A stretch of 63,987 bases of DNA, taken from assembly GCA_964490075.1 (NCBI GenBank), contig CAZBBK010000030.1, positions 1-63,987 on the forward strand, written 5' to 3'. Below the pieces are notes generated by a model. The model did no database searches and was not told where the DNA came from. It saw only the letters and a list, made by a program, of their open reading frames with translations. Positions 10,403 through 19,977 of this stretch are shown piece after piece (within the stretch, counting starts at the first letter, position 1; the number at the start of each line of letters is the position of its first letter). The translations under genes and the position numbers were made by a program. This stretch comes from an uncultured Gemmatimonadota bacterium. GTDB lineage: Bacteria; GCA-2686955.

Positions 10403-12009
10403 TCGCGACCGCACCCCTGCCCGCCCTCCCCGGCTCCTCGTTCCGCTCGCTGCTCTGGCCGCTGCTCGGCGCCGCGCTGCTGGCGACCGCGGCGAGCGCC
10501 GCCAGCGACCCGGGCGCGCTGGAGGATCGATTCCGCCTCTTCGTCTCCGGCGGCGGCGACACGCTGCTGCTGCCCGAGCGGGACGACGCCGACTACGAGA
10601 CCATCGAGCTGCGTGAAGGCCGGGTCCACGTCGACGGCGAGCTCTGGTCCGACAGCGCGCTGGAGCGAGCCATCGGCGCCGACGACGCCGAGGCGATCCT
10701 CGGGCTGCTGGGGCGAACGCTCGACGAGTTCTCGATCGAGATCGAGGTGGACGAGGAGAACGAGAGCGTCTCGGTCGACTTCGGCGCGGGCGGCGCCATG
10801 CCAGGCATATCGGTGCGCAGCCGCGACGAGGTGGTGCGGGTCGGGGGCGACGTGCACGTCGCCGCGGACGAACGGGTCGAGGGCGACGTGGTGGCGGTGA
10901 TGGGGTCGGTGCACATCGAGGGTCGGGTCGAAGGCGACGTGGTGGCGGTGATGGGATCGGTGCGCCTGGGCGACGCGGCCGAGGTCGAGGGCGACGCGGT
11001 GGCGGTCGGGGGCAAGGTCCACCAGACCCCCGGCGCGCGCGTGCACGGCGACGTGGTGAACGCCAGCTTCTTCGGCGCCGGCGTGAGCGCCGGAGCGAGC
11101 TCCGGCGCCAAGGAGCACCGGATCGTGATCGGCGACGACGAGGAGGACGAGGGCGGCGAGCTGCTCCTCGATCTGGCGCGGATGCTGGTTCTCGGTCTGC
11201 TCGCCTGTGCCGTCCACCTGGTCGCCCCGGGCCCCGTGCGGCGGGTGGAGGCGGCCACTCTGGGTGCTTCCTGGAAGGCGCTTCTGGTCGGGCTGCTGGT
11301 CGAGGTCTTCTTCCTGCCGGTCTTCGTGGTGACGGTCGTGGTGCTGGCGATCTCCATCATCGGCATCCCGGTCCTTCTGCTCTTCGTCCCGGCGGCGCTC
11401 CTGGCGATCTCTCTGGCGCTCTTGCTCGGCTGGGCCGGGGTCGCCGGCGTGGCCGGCCGCTGGGTGGCGGCGCGCTTCGACTGGGACTGGGCGAAGGGAC
11501 GTTTCGGACCCTTCATGCTCGGCGCGGCGGCGTTGATCTTCCTGACCCTGATCGCCGACATGCTCTCCTTCGTGGGCGGGCTGCTCGGCCCGGTGGCGGT
11601 CGCGGTGGCGATCGCCGGCTTCCTGGTGGAGTACGCCGCCTGGACCGGCGGTCTCGGCGCCGTGGTGCTCACCCGCTTCGGCACGCGCGGCCCCGGCGAG
11701 GGCGGCACGGGCGGCTCCTTCACGGGCGGCGGTGGCGGCGGCGTACACTACGCTCCCGACGACGGAGGACTCTTCGACGCGGGCGTCAGCAACCGGTCGG
11801 CGCCGTCCCGGCCCGAGGCGCCCGTGCCGCCCTCCGCTCACCAGGCGCCGAGGGTCTATGCTCCTCCGGAGCCGGCGCAGCCGGGCGCCGGCGCGGGCAA
11901 GAAGGCGGGGGAGGATCCCGCGCGGCCGCTGATTCCGCCGCCGCCGCGGCAAGATGAAGAGGAAAAGGACGAGGAGCGGAACGATCGCCACGACGAGCCG
12001 AAAGAGTAA
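10399..12009 (+). CDS. Membrane protein with bactofilin-like (polymer-forming) beta-helix repeats
   Basis: Signal peptide, 17-aa repeats VEGDVVAVMGSV, 5-6 TM helices, Pro-rich tail; ATGA overlap with the upstream gene. Confidence 0.8.
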   Translation: MIATAPLPALPGSSFRSLLWPLLGAALLATAASAASDPGALEDRFRLFVSGGGDTLLLPERDDADYETIELREGRVHVDGELWSDSALERAIGADDAEAILGLLGRTLDEFSIEIEVDEENESVSVDFGAGGAMPGISVRSRDEVVRVGGDVHVAADERVEGDVVAVMGSVHIEGRVEGDVVAVMGSVRLGDAAEVEGDAVAVGGKVHQTPGARVHGDVVNASFFGAGVSAGASSGAKEHRIVIGDDEEDEGGELLLDLARMLVLGLLACAVHLVAPGPVRRVEAATLGASWKALLVGLLVEVFFLPVFVVTVVVLAISIIGIPVLLLFVPAALLAISLALLLGWAGVAGVAGRWVAARFDWDWAKGRFGPFMLGAAALIFLTLIADMLSFVGGLLGPVAVAVAIAGFLVEYAAWTGGLGAVVLTRFGTRGPGEGGTGGSFTGGGGGGVHYAPDDGGLFDAGVSNRSAPSRPEAPVPPSAHQAPRVYAPPEPAQPGAGAGKKAGEDPARPLIPPPPRQDEEEKDEERNDRHDEPKE

Positions 12010-13912
12010 CCGGCACCACGGATTCGGCTCTCGCTTCCTGGCCGCGCTGGGCATCTTCGCCGGCGTGGAGCTGGTCGTCGGTCTGAGCGACGCGGGCTGG
12101 TATCTCTGGGTGGAAGGGGGACTCCCGCACCCGATCTTCGGCGCCGTTGCGCTCGGGGTCTACCTGGCCTTCGGGTTGGTCGCGGGAACCCTGGTCGGGC
12201 TCGGCGCCGCCGCCGCCGTCGCCACGGAGCGGGGCGCCGCCACGATCGGTGCCGCGGCGGCACTTTTCCTCAGCTTCGGCGCCCTGGCCTTCTTTCGCTG
12301 GCTGCCCGAGGCGGTCGAGATCGGCACGGCGCTGGGGATGTTGGCGCTGGGCCTGCTCGCGTGCGGCTCGATCCTCGGCGGGGGCGCGCTCGGGGCATTG
12401 GCGGAGTGGATCGGGTTCCGGGCGCTTCGCCGCGGCCTGCTCGCCCTCGTACTGCTGTCGGCCGGCGCGGCGACGCTGCCGCTTCTTCGTCTTGGAGGCA
12501 GCGATCCCTTCGCCGAGCTCTCGCCTCGGCCGGGCGAGGGCCCGAACGTGCTGCTGATCGTGATCGACACCCTGCGGGCCGACCGAATCGGTGCCCACGG
12601 CAACCCCGACCGTCTGACTCCGGCGATCGACGCGCTCGCCGACGAAGGGGTGGTGTTCCGGCAGGCGATCTCGACCTCCTGCTTCACGCCGCCGCCGCAC
12701 GCCTCGCTCTTGACCGGCACCTACCCGGTGCGCCACGGCATCACCGGCGCGGAGCAGTTCCTGGCCGATGCCAACCTCACCCTGGCCGAGATCCTCGGCG
12801 CGCGCGGCTACGCGACCTTCGGTGTCGTGTCCAACCTCTTTCTGGCGAAGGTCTTCGGATGGGAGCAGGGGTTCCATCTCTACGACGACAGCCTGGTGGC
12901 CGGCTCCAGTCCGGGGATCTGGCTGGAGAGGACCCCGGCGGTGGCGCTGATGGCCAAGGTCGGCCTGACTCCGCGCCGCTGGCTGCTGCTGGCCGCCCAC
13001 GGCACGGGCCTGCTGGAGCCGGTCAACGCCAAGGCAACCATCGATCACGTGCTGGCGGCGCTGGACGCGGTCGGCGAGCGCCCCTTCTTCGGCTTCGTCA
13101 ACATCATGGATCCCCACTACCCCTATGGCCCACCGGGCGCCGGGTCCGGGGGCGAGGCGGCGCGCGCCAACGCCGAGGTGACGCCGGCTTTGCGCGCCAC
13201 GGGGCACCCGCTCGGCGCCGTCGACCATGGACGAGAGCTGGCCGCCACCCTGCTGGGCCTCTACGACGCCGAGGTGCGCTACACCGACCGCGAGCTGGCG
13301 CGACTCTTCGCCGAGCTGCGGCGGCGCGGCAAGCTCGACAACACCCTGGTGATCGTCACCGCCGACCACGGCGAGCATTTCGGGGAGCACGATCTGCTCT
13401 TCCACGCCAACTCGCTCTACCGCGAGCTGGTGCACGTGCCGCTGGTGATCCGCCCGCCGGGCGAGCAAGCGGACGCGGCGCGCGGCAAGACGCACGAGCA
13501 GGCCGTCTCGCTGGTCGATGTCGCCGCCACGGTGCTCGACCTGCTCCAGGTCCCGCCGCCCCCCACCCTGCACGGGCGCTCGCTGCTGCCGATCCTGACC
13601 GATCGAGAGGGCGAGGCGCCCGAGCGCATCGCGGTCTCCGAGTGGCAGGACCGGCGAGCCCTCGTATGGGGCGGCTACAAGGCCTTCTTCAGCGGCGACG
13701 AGCTGGAGCGCGTGGTGCGGCGATCGCCCTCCGGCGACCCCGCCGAGGCCGAAGACCTGGCCGCCGCCGACCCGGCCCTGCGCCAGGCCGCCATCGACCG
13801 CTACCAGAGGTGGCTGGAGCGCTGTGCCTCGTCCGGCAGTCTGGCCGAGGAGGGCGCAGCGATCGATCCGGGGATCGCGGAGCAGCTGCGGGCGCTCGGG
13901 TATTTGAACTGA
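11954..13912 (+). CDS. Membrane-anchored sulfatase-like hydrolase/transferase
   Basis: N-terminal TMs, PNVLLIVIDTLRAD, TPPPHASLLTG, MDPHYPY, YDAEVRYTD, VTADHGE, EQLRALGYL; start uncertain. Confidence 0.88.
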   Translation: MKRKRTRSGTIATTSRKSNRHHGFGSRFLAALGIFAGVELVVGLSDAGWYLWVEGGLPHPIFGAVALGVYLAFGLVAGTLVGLGAAAAVATERGAATIGAAAALFLSFGALAFFRWLPEAVEIGTALGMLALGLLACGSILGGGALGALAEWIGFRALRRGLLALVLLSAGAATLPLLRLGGSDPFAELSPRPGEGPNVLLIVIDTLRADRIGAHGNPDRLTPAIDALADEGVVFRQAISTSCFTPPPHASLLTGTYPVRHGITGAEQFLADANLTLAEILGARGYATFGVVSNLFLAKVFGWEQGFHLYDDSLVAGSSPGIWLERTPAVALMAKVGLTPRRWLLLAAHGTGLLEPVNAKATIDHVLAALDAVGERPFFGFVNIMDPHYPYGPPGAGSGGEAARANAEVTPALRATGHPLGAVDHGRELAATLLGLYDAEVRYTDRELARLFAELRRRGKLDNTLVIVTADHGEHFGEHDLLFHANSLYRELVHVPLVIRPPGEQADAARGKTHEQAVSLVDVAATVLDLLQVPPPPTLHGRSLLPILTDREGEAPERIAVSEWQDRRALVWGGYKAFFSGDELERVVRRSPSGDPAEAEDLAAADPALRQAAIDRYQRWLERCASSGSLAEEGAAIDPGIAEQLRALGYLN

Positions 13913-13934
13913 CGCCGCCGGGGTGCGCCGACAC

Positions 13935-16900
13935 TCATGCTGGTGGCCCGAGCACCTCGACGAGCTCCGCCACGAATCGCAGCGCACCGTCTTCGAGGTC
14001 TTCCTCATCGAACACAATGGGAGCGAAAGACGGGTCGGTGGAGGCGGGTTTCAGCGTGATGCGTGCGTGGCGGAGCTCGCCATCCTCGGTCTCGACTTTC
14101 TCGCTCTCGTAGACCTTCACGGTGTAGGTGCCGCCGTGCTCGGCGTCCTGGATGTCGCGGTGCCGGGCGAGCACCACACGCCCCTGTTTCGTGCCCGTCG
14201 GATCGAGCCGCCACACGCACCAGGCGCCGTTCGGAACGCGCCGGTTCATCGATTCGCCGACAACTTGGGCCACGAAGATGTCGCGTGCCGGCCGCGTGCG
14301 GCCCGCGAAGCTCACCCAGTCGAGGTCGTCGATGTTCACCGAGTCACCGTGGCCACCGACCTCGTCGACCACCTGCTCGCCAGAGAAGCGCCCGGCCGCC
14401 ACCTTGAGATCATAGAGCGGCACACAGTTCTCGAAGGGCTTGATACTCCGGCGATCCAGGCGTTGGAAGGGCAGCACCACGGCGCCTTCGGGCTCCGCCG
14501 CTTCGGCGGCCCTCTCCGCTGAGGCGGGCATCCTCTCGAACCAACTCATGTCGGCCTTCAACCGCCGCCCCGCGGCCTTCCCGAGCACATATTTGGCGAT
14601 TCTGGCGATGGCCGCGACCATCGCGGGCTGGTCGCCCAGGAGCGTCGACGGCACCTCGACGACGTTGTAGTACAGCTCGCGGAGCCGATTGCGCAGAAAA
14701 GTGTCTTTCTCTTTCTGCTCCGGGTTCCCGTGGATATGTCTCGACATGCCGTCCAGATAGATACAGGTGCCCGGCTCGTCGTCCTCCTCGGGGTCGCCCT
14801 CGTAGAAGAAATCGGGGATCGTCAGTCCGTATCCTTCGCCCAAGTGGATGGTCTTCTGGCAGATCGGAGCGGACAGCCCAGCGGAGAGCAGCAGCTCTTT
14901 GAAGCGGCCCTCGATGTAGGTCTGGTCCTGACCGGTGGTGGTCGCCGTCGACGGCTGTTTCTCTGGGATCTGGTGTGTCTCTTCCAAGACCCGACCGGCG
15001 CTCTCCAAGATCTCCTGCGCCTGGTGGCGATCGAGATACTCGTGGTAGTAGCGGTTCCGATAGGTCTGAAGGCAGTCGATGCAGGAGCGCTCGCAGGCAG
15101 AGGCGCAGCCCTTTGGAATCGCGATCGCCGCGGCGACGACCTCGTCCCATCGCGCACACATCTGCTGCAGCAGTCCACTGCCCCCCGGCATCGGGTCGTA
15201 GAGCAAGAGGTCGAACTCGCCCTCTCCCGTTCGGCTCACCAGCAGGATCTGCAGATCCTCCAGCTCCATGTCGAGCACGCGCGCGGCTCCCATCCGCAGC
15301 GCCTCGACAGTGCTGAATGCGCGCGTGCGATCATCGAGATCGTGAAAGCCCAGGGCGTCCACCTCGACGTCGGCGTAGAAGCCCGTAGGCTCCACCGCAT
15401 GCCCGCAGCGTTCGGCGTGGGACTCCTGGAATCTCTGCAGGCCTTCCTCGGAGGTGTAAGGCGAGCTCGTGTACCCGCAGGCCAGGCACACCGGGTAGCC
15501 GATTCGCTGTTGCTCGACCTCACTCCTGGGCCCCACGTTCACCAGCCGAACTTGCACCGCGCGACGTAGCTGCAGCATGAGTCCGCCGTAGGTGTAGGCC
15601 GTGCCCCCCTTGTGGCGCCCCCGCTCGGTGCCGTACACCGCGACCGGCATCTGAAAGCGAAACTCCTCCTGATCGGAGATGTGCGACTGGGAGGGCATCA
15701 CGACGTCGCAGATCGGTACGGCCCGCAGCTCCTGCTGCCCAAGCGCGCCCCCCGACTCGACGGCGCCGACTTCGTGCACCGCCTGGTGTTCGGAGTCCAC
15801 GCGAAAACGCAGGGTGTCGTCGGGGGTGAGCTGGAAGTGTCGGGGGACGAAGCGGAATCCGCACGCATAGACGGCGTTGCCCGGGACGTACTCACGCAGC
15901 GCGATCGATGGCGCCCGCGGCAGCTCGAAGTCGCCCAGGCCCTGCGTCATTCTCGGCGGTTCCGCGGTGCCGACGATGCTTCCCGACTCGAGCCCGTAGC
16001 CGGGGAGGAAGCCTTCCCGAGCCAGCGCCCCCATCGTCTCGGAGTCCGAGACTCCGCCCTGGGCATCGCCTCGTTGTCTGCGCGAATCCCCCTTGAAACG
16101 GCGAACGAGCCGCTCGCAACGCCTCCGGTGGGCCGCGTCCTCGGCATCGAGCGAGCCCTTTTTCGCCTCCACCTTCCGGAGCTGCTCGAGCTGCCCCAGC
16201 GCCCAATCCAGCCGCTTCTTGAAGCGCTTGATCACCGCCTGCAGCTCGTCCCCCATACCGTCCACGGTCTCTTCGAGCCGCGCCGCCTCGACGGCCTCGA
16301 CGTCCTCATCGGGCCACGCCGACTGGAAGATCGGCAACACGACCGCCATCACCGAGGGCCGATATTCCTGGATCATCAGGCCCAGCTCGGCCACGTCCAG
16401 CGGGTGCGGCAGCACATCTCCGGCGGACGTAAAGAGGTAGGTGCGCAGCGTCGGAGGAAAGGTCCGCACGAGCACATCCTTCAGCCGGGATCCCTCCGCC
16501 TCGCCCACCTCCCGCGCGATGCTGTTGAGTCGGGTGAGCACGGATGCATGCACATGCTTCCTCACCATCAAGGTGTTTTTCATGTTGAAGCGGGGCGGCT
16601 CCACCAGTCCTTCGAGCAGCTTGAGCGGCTCGCGGAAGTAGGCCTGATCGAAGCTGCGCGCCTGCGCGTAGGTGATGTCGACCGCCATGCGGTGGCGGCG
16701 TCCGGCGCGACCAGCCCGCTGCCAGTAGTTGGCGGCGCTGGGTGGGACGTTGCGCATCAGCACCGCGTCGAGCGCGCCGATGTCGACTCCCAGCTCCAAC
16801 GTGGGCGTGCACACCAGCGTATTCAGATGTTCCTTGTCGCCCTTGAACTGGTTCTCGATCGTCTCCCTCGCGCGCGCTGGAACCTGCGCCGAATGCTCGG

Positions 16901-19900
16901 CCGCGCGTAGCATCGCGTAGTCGCCGTCCAGCATGCGGAGGTCGAAGTCGTCGGGGTTCTCGGTCTCCCAGATGAGCCGCCCGCCGCAGCTCCAGGCCAT
17001 GCAGATCTCGCTGGGGGTCTTGCGGACGGTCAGCCGGCGACACCTTCTGCAACGCCAACGGCCGTCGTGCGGGTGGAGGCGGAGCCTCCCGGCATCGACC
17101 TGGTAGACACCCGCGCTGCCGCTCAGCGGCCGGCCCCAGCCGGTGAGCTGGGCGGGGACCAGCAGCCCCGCGCTGGTCAATGTCGACCACAGGTCGTCGA
17201 GAAAACGCCCGATGTCGTTCTTCTCCACGCCCCAGGCTCTCGCTGCATTCCACGTCAGGGTGGGAGCGCGACCGATCCACTGCATCGTGCAGCCGGGGCT
17301 GCTCTCGGCGCGACGGGCCTTCAAAACCCCCTTGGGCAACCCGGAGAAGGCGGAGAAGTAGCCGCGCTGGATCTCCTTGTCGCCGCTGTTCCACTTTTTG
17401 CCGAAGAGCTCGGTCTGCGCGTCATGGAGGATGCGCGTGCGCCGGTGGTGGTCGAGCAGGGCCGCGGCACCCTCTACCAGGTCCGGCGGCTCGACTCCGA
17501 GTGCTGGCGCCCACCGCTTGAAAAAGGGCAACTCGGCGGAGAGCCCGATGTAGTCGACCTTCAGTCGCCCCCACGGCTCGAGGCCGAGACGCTGCTTGAC
17601 GCCCGTGGCCACCTCGAGCAGCACCTGGAGCCGCAAGAAGTAGGCGCGCTCTTCCCGGTGCTTGGTGCTCGCGTCTTCGAAGTGGTGAACTTGCCAGACC
17701 TCGGGGACCAGCGCGCGAGAGAGCTCGCGGTCGGCTTCGAGCTCGGCGTCGACTTTCGCGACGACGTCTCCGATCGAGGCACCCTCGGCCGGCATGTGCT
17801 GGAAGAAGAGCGACCGCAGCCGGAAGCGGCGCGCGTGATCCCTCATCCACCCGGACTGGAAGGCGGCATCTTGGCGGTTGTCGGCGAAGACCAGGAGACG
17901 CCGGCGCTCGGACAGGTGCACCATCGATTGGGCCAGGATGTGCACATCGGACACCGTCACCGCGCGGATGGGACGGGCGGGCTCTCTGTGGCGCCCGTGG
18001 ACTCGCCGCCTCGCCGCCTGGCAGCACACGCAGCTCTGGAGTTGGCCTCCCTTGCCTTCTTTGTGGCGGACGGCGTGGATGGCCGCCAGCGATCCGATCC
18101 GCGCGCAGGCGCCGCAAGCGTCCGAGCCCTCTTCCTGGACTGCTCCGCAGCTCTTGCAGACCCACAGCGGCGCGAGGCGGCGGTGACTGAAAGCGTGCTC
18201 GCTCCCGGCATCTTGCGCCTCGTCGCCAGAGCCCTCCTCGTCCTCCTCTTCGTCCTCATCCTCGCCCGCGACCAGACGATCGACGAGCAGGACTCGCTTG
18301 CCCCGGAGCTCTTCCGCGAGATGCTTCCACACGCGGCGCTCGCCCACGATATCGCCGCCCTGCGGCGCGCCCGCGAAGAGCGCGAACTCCTCCAGAAAGC
18401 CCTCGTAGTAGTGCTGGCCGCAGGTGGTGCACGACAGGATGGGGAAGCGGAAAAACTCGTCTCCAAGCTCGGCTTCGGCATCTTCGCCGGCGAGCCACAA
18501 GCGGGCCGACGAGTCGGGTCCGGTTAGCGTGACGACGGCGCCGCCCACGCCGCGCACGAAGCTGTGGATCACCGGCCGCAGGAGGGGCTGATGACCGCCG
18601 CGCGCGCAGACCGCCCCGAGCGCCAACCAGGTGAGGATCTCGGCTTGCGTCACCGTGCGCCCCAGCGGCTCATCGAGAAGCTCACCGATCGTGGCGAGCG
18701 GCCGGGGTCGCTCGAGAAGGGCGGCGAGGCGGTAGACGAGCTCGCTGCACGCGAGCTGCCGGAAGAGCGGGCGCTGCCAGTCCTGCTCCGGTAGCTCCCG
18801 CCCTCCGAGTGACGTCATTACCTTCGAGATCGCTCGGGCGGCCGCCCCTTCGTCCTCGAGGTCCACTGCGACCAGCAGCTCCTCGATCAATCGGCCGGGG
18901 TCCGGCGGCGGAGTCGAGCTCCAGGCGTCGAGCCGGTTGAAGCGGATTTCGTCGTAGATCTCCCCGACTAGCTCGACCGTGTCGCCGTCGACGCCGAAGA
19001 AGCGCCGGGCGAAGGTCTTGCCGGCCTCCCGGCCCTCTTCGGGGTCGGCCATGGTGGCGGAGGTCGCGATGCAGATCGTCTGCTCGGGCGTGCGCCCACA
19101 GAAGGTGCGCAGGCGCCGGATCAAACACGCGGTCTCCGCGCCCTGAGCCCCGCGGAAGGTGTGGGCCTCGTCGAAGACCAGAAAATCGAGCGGCGCGTTG
19201 TCGAATAGGTGGACGTCCTTGCCGCGCGTGAGCAGCAGCTCGAGCATCTTCGTGTTGGTGAGCAGAATCCGCGGCTGCCCGCCGGGCTTGCGCATCGCCT
19301 CACGGCTCGCGCGTTCCTCGAAGGGGCGGAGGGTCGTTGCCTGGCCGGATTCCTTCAATTGTGCGAGGCGTTCGCGGTAGTCGGCCTGGGAGCTGCCCGG
19401 CGGGAGCCTCTCGTCGGCGACCTGGGACTCCTTCTCGTGCGTCTTGCCGACGTACATGCCGAAGGGGATCCCGCTGCCGGCCAGCAAGCCGCGGAGTCGC
19501 TCTAGCTGATCCTCGGCGAGGGCGTTCATCGGGTAGACCAGCACCGCCACGATGCCCGGGTCGGCGCCATCGTCCTTCAGCTCCAGGCAGCGACTGATGA
19601 TGGGGTAGAGGAAGGCTTCGGTCTTACCGGAACCGGTGCCGGTCGCGACCAGGGTGTGCTGGCCCTGGTGGATGGCGCGAATCGCTCGTGCCTGGTGGGC
19701 GCGGAGCTCGGGGTACGGAACCAGCGCCTCCATATGCGGGTGGAAGATGCCCTCGGCGATCAGGTCCTTGATGGCGTCGCCCTGCTTGAAAGGCTGGGAC
19801 AGGCTGATGAAAGGGCCCTGGCGCAGCGGCGTGTCGCGGGACGCGTCGAGCGAGAGCAGCTCCCGCATCCGCGCGTAGAGATCCACGTCGGCCAGCGGAT

Positions 19901-19970
19901 AGGTCGTGAGCTGGTAGCGCAGGAAGTCATCGACGACGGACTCGGTGAAGGCGACGGGGTTCAGGGCCAT
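13935..19970 (-). CDS. Large DEAD/DEAH-box helicase with Zn-finger motifs, DUF1998, PD-(D/E)xK/Vsr-like nuclease and C-terminal S24 peptidase-like domain (defence helicase)
   Basis: TGTGSGKTE, YPMNALAEDQ, DEAH, TSAT, TPTLELGVDIG, QRAGRAGRR, LYDPMPGGSG..C...C...C..C (DUF1998), IPDFFY..IYLDG..H, VVGESM..YTVK. Confidence 0.9.
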   Translation of the reverse strand: MALNPVAFTESVVDDFLRYQLTTYPLADVDLYARMRELLSLDASRDTPLRQGPFISLSQPFKQGDAIKDLIAEGIFHPHMEALVPYPELRAHQARAIRAIHQGQHTLVATGTGSGKTEAFLYPIISRCLELKDDGADPGIVAVLVYPMNALAEDQLERLRGLLAGSGIPFGMYVGKTHEKESQVADERLPPGSSQADYRERLAQLKESGQATTLRPFEERASREAMRKPGGQPRILLTNTKMLELLLTRGKDVHLFDNAPLDFLVFDEAHTFRGAQGAETACLIRRLRTFCGRTPEQTICIATSATMADPEEGREAGKTFARRFFGVDGDTVELVGEIYDEIRFNRLDAWSSTPPPDPGRLIEELLVAVDLEDEGAAARAISKVMTSLGGRELPEQDWQRPLFRQLACSELVYRLAALLERPRPLATIGELLDEPLGRTVTQAEILTWLALGAVCARGGHQPLLRPVIHSFVRGVGGAVVTLTGPDSSARLWLAGEDAEAELGDEFFRFPILSCTTCGQHYYEGFLEEFALFAGAPQGGDIVGERRVWKHLAEELRGKRVLLVDRLVAGEDEDEEEDEEGSGDEAQDAGSEHAFSHRRLAPLWVCKSCGAVQEEGSDACGACARIGSLAAIHAVRHKEGKGGQLQSCVCCQAARRRVHGRHREPARPIRAVTVSDVHILAQSMVHLSERRRLLVFADNRQDAAFQSGWMRDHARRFRLRSLFFQHMPAEGASIGDVVAKVDAELEADRELSRALVPEVWQVHHFEDASTKHREERAYFLRLQVLLEVATGVKQRLGLEPWGRLKVDYIGLSAELPFFKRWAPALGVEPPDLVEGAAALLDHHRRTRILHDAQTELFGKKWNSGDKEIQRGYFSAFSGLPKGVLKARRAESSPGCTMQWIGRAPTLTWNAARAWGVEKNDIGRFLDDLWSTLTSAGLLVPAQLTGWGRPLSGSAGVYQVDAGRLRLHPHDGRWRCRRCRRLTVRKTPSEICMAWSCGGRLIWETENPDDFDLRMLDGDYAMLRAAEHSAQVPARARETIENQFKGDKEHLNTLVCTPTLELGVDIGALDAVLMRNVPPSAANYWQRAGRAGRRHRMAVDITYAQARSFDQAYFREPLKLLEGLVEPPRFNMKNTLMVRKHVHASVLTRLNSIAREVGEAEGSRLKDVLVRTFPPTLRTYLFTSAGDVLPHPLDVAELGLMIQEYRPSVMAVVLPIFQSAWPDEDVEAVEAARLEETVDGMGDELQAVIKRFKKRLDWALGQLEQLRKVEAKKGSLDAEDAAHRRRCERLVRRFKGDSRRQRGDAQGGVSDSETMGALAREGFLPGYGLESGSIVGTAEPPRMTQGLGDFELPRAPSIALREYVPGNAVYACGFRFVPRHFQLTPDDTLRFRVDSEHQAVHEVGAVESGGALGQQELRAVPICDVVMPSQSHISDQEEFRFQMPVAVYGTERGRHKGGTAYTYGGLMLQLRRAVQVRLVNVGPRSEVEQQRIGYPVCLACGYTSSPYTSEEGLQRFQESHAERCGHAVEPTGFYADVEVDALGFHDLDDRTRAFSTVEALRMGAARVLDMELEDLQILLVSRTGEGEFDLLLYDPMPGGSGLLQQMCARWDEVVAAAIAIPKGCASACERSCIDCLQTYRNRYYHEYLDRHQAQEILESAGRVLEETHQIPEKQPSTATTTGQDQTYIEGRFKELLLSAGLSAPICQKTIHLGEGYGLTIPDFFYEGDPEEDDEPGTCIYLDGMSRHIHGNPEQKEKDTFLRNRLRELYYNVVEVPSTLLGDQPAMVAAIARIAKYVLGKAAGRRLKADMSWFERMPASAERAAEAAEPEGAVVLPFQRLDRRSIKPFENCVPLYDLKVAAGRFSGEQVVDEVGGHGDSVNIDDLDWVSFAGRTRPARDIFVAQVVGESMNRRVPNGAWCVWRLDPTGTKQGRVVLARHRDIQDAEHGGTYTVKVYESEKVETEDGELRHARITLKPASTDPSFAPIVFDEEDLEDGALRFVAELVEVLGPPA

Positions 19971-19977
19971 GGGGTCA
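19944..19977. repeat. 5' end of the helicase gene; a degenerate second copy lies at 21083-21117
   Basis: ggtgaaggcgacggggttca-gggccatgg versus ggtgaaggcgacgggtttca-caacgccatgg. Confidence 0.75.

Noticed and set aside
10860-11060. 51-bp DNA repeats as a mobile or regulatory repeat
   Set aside because: Fully explained by the 17-aa beta-helix protein repeat; not palindromic and unrelated to the 34.4-kb arrays.
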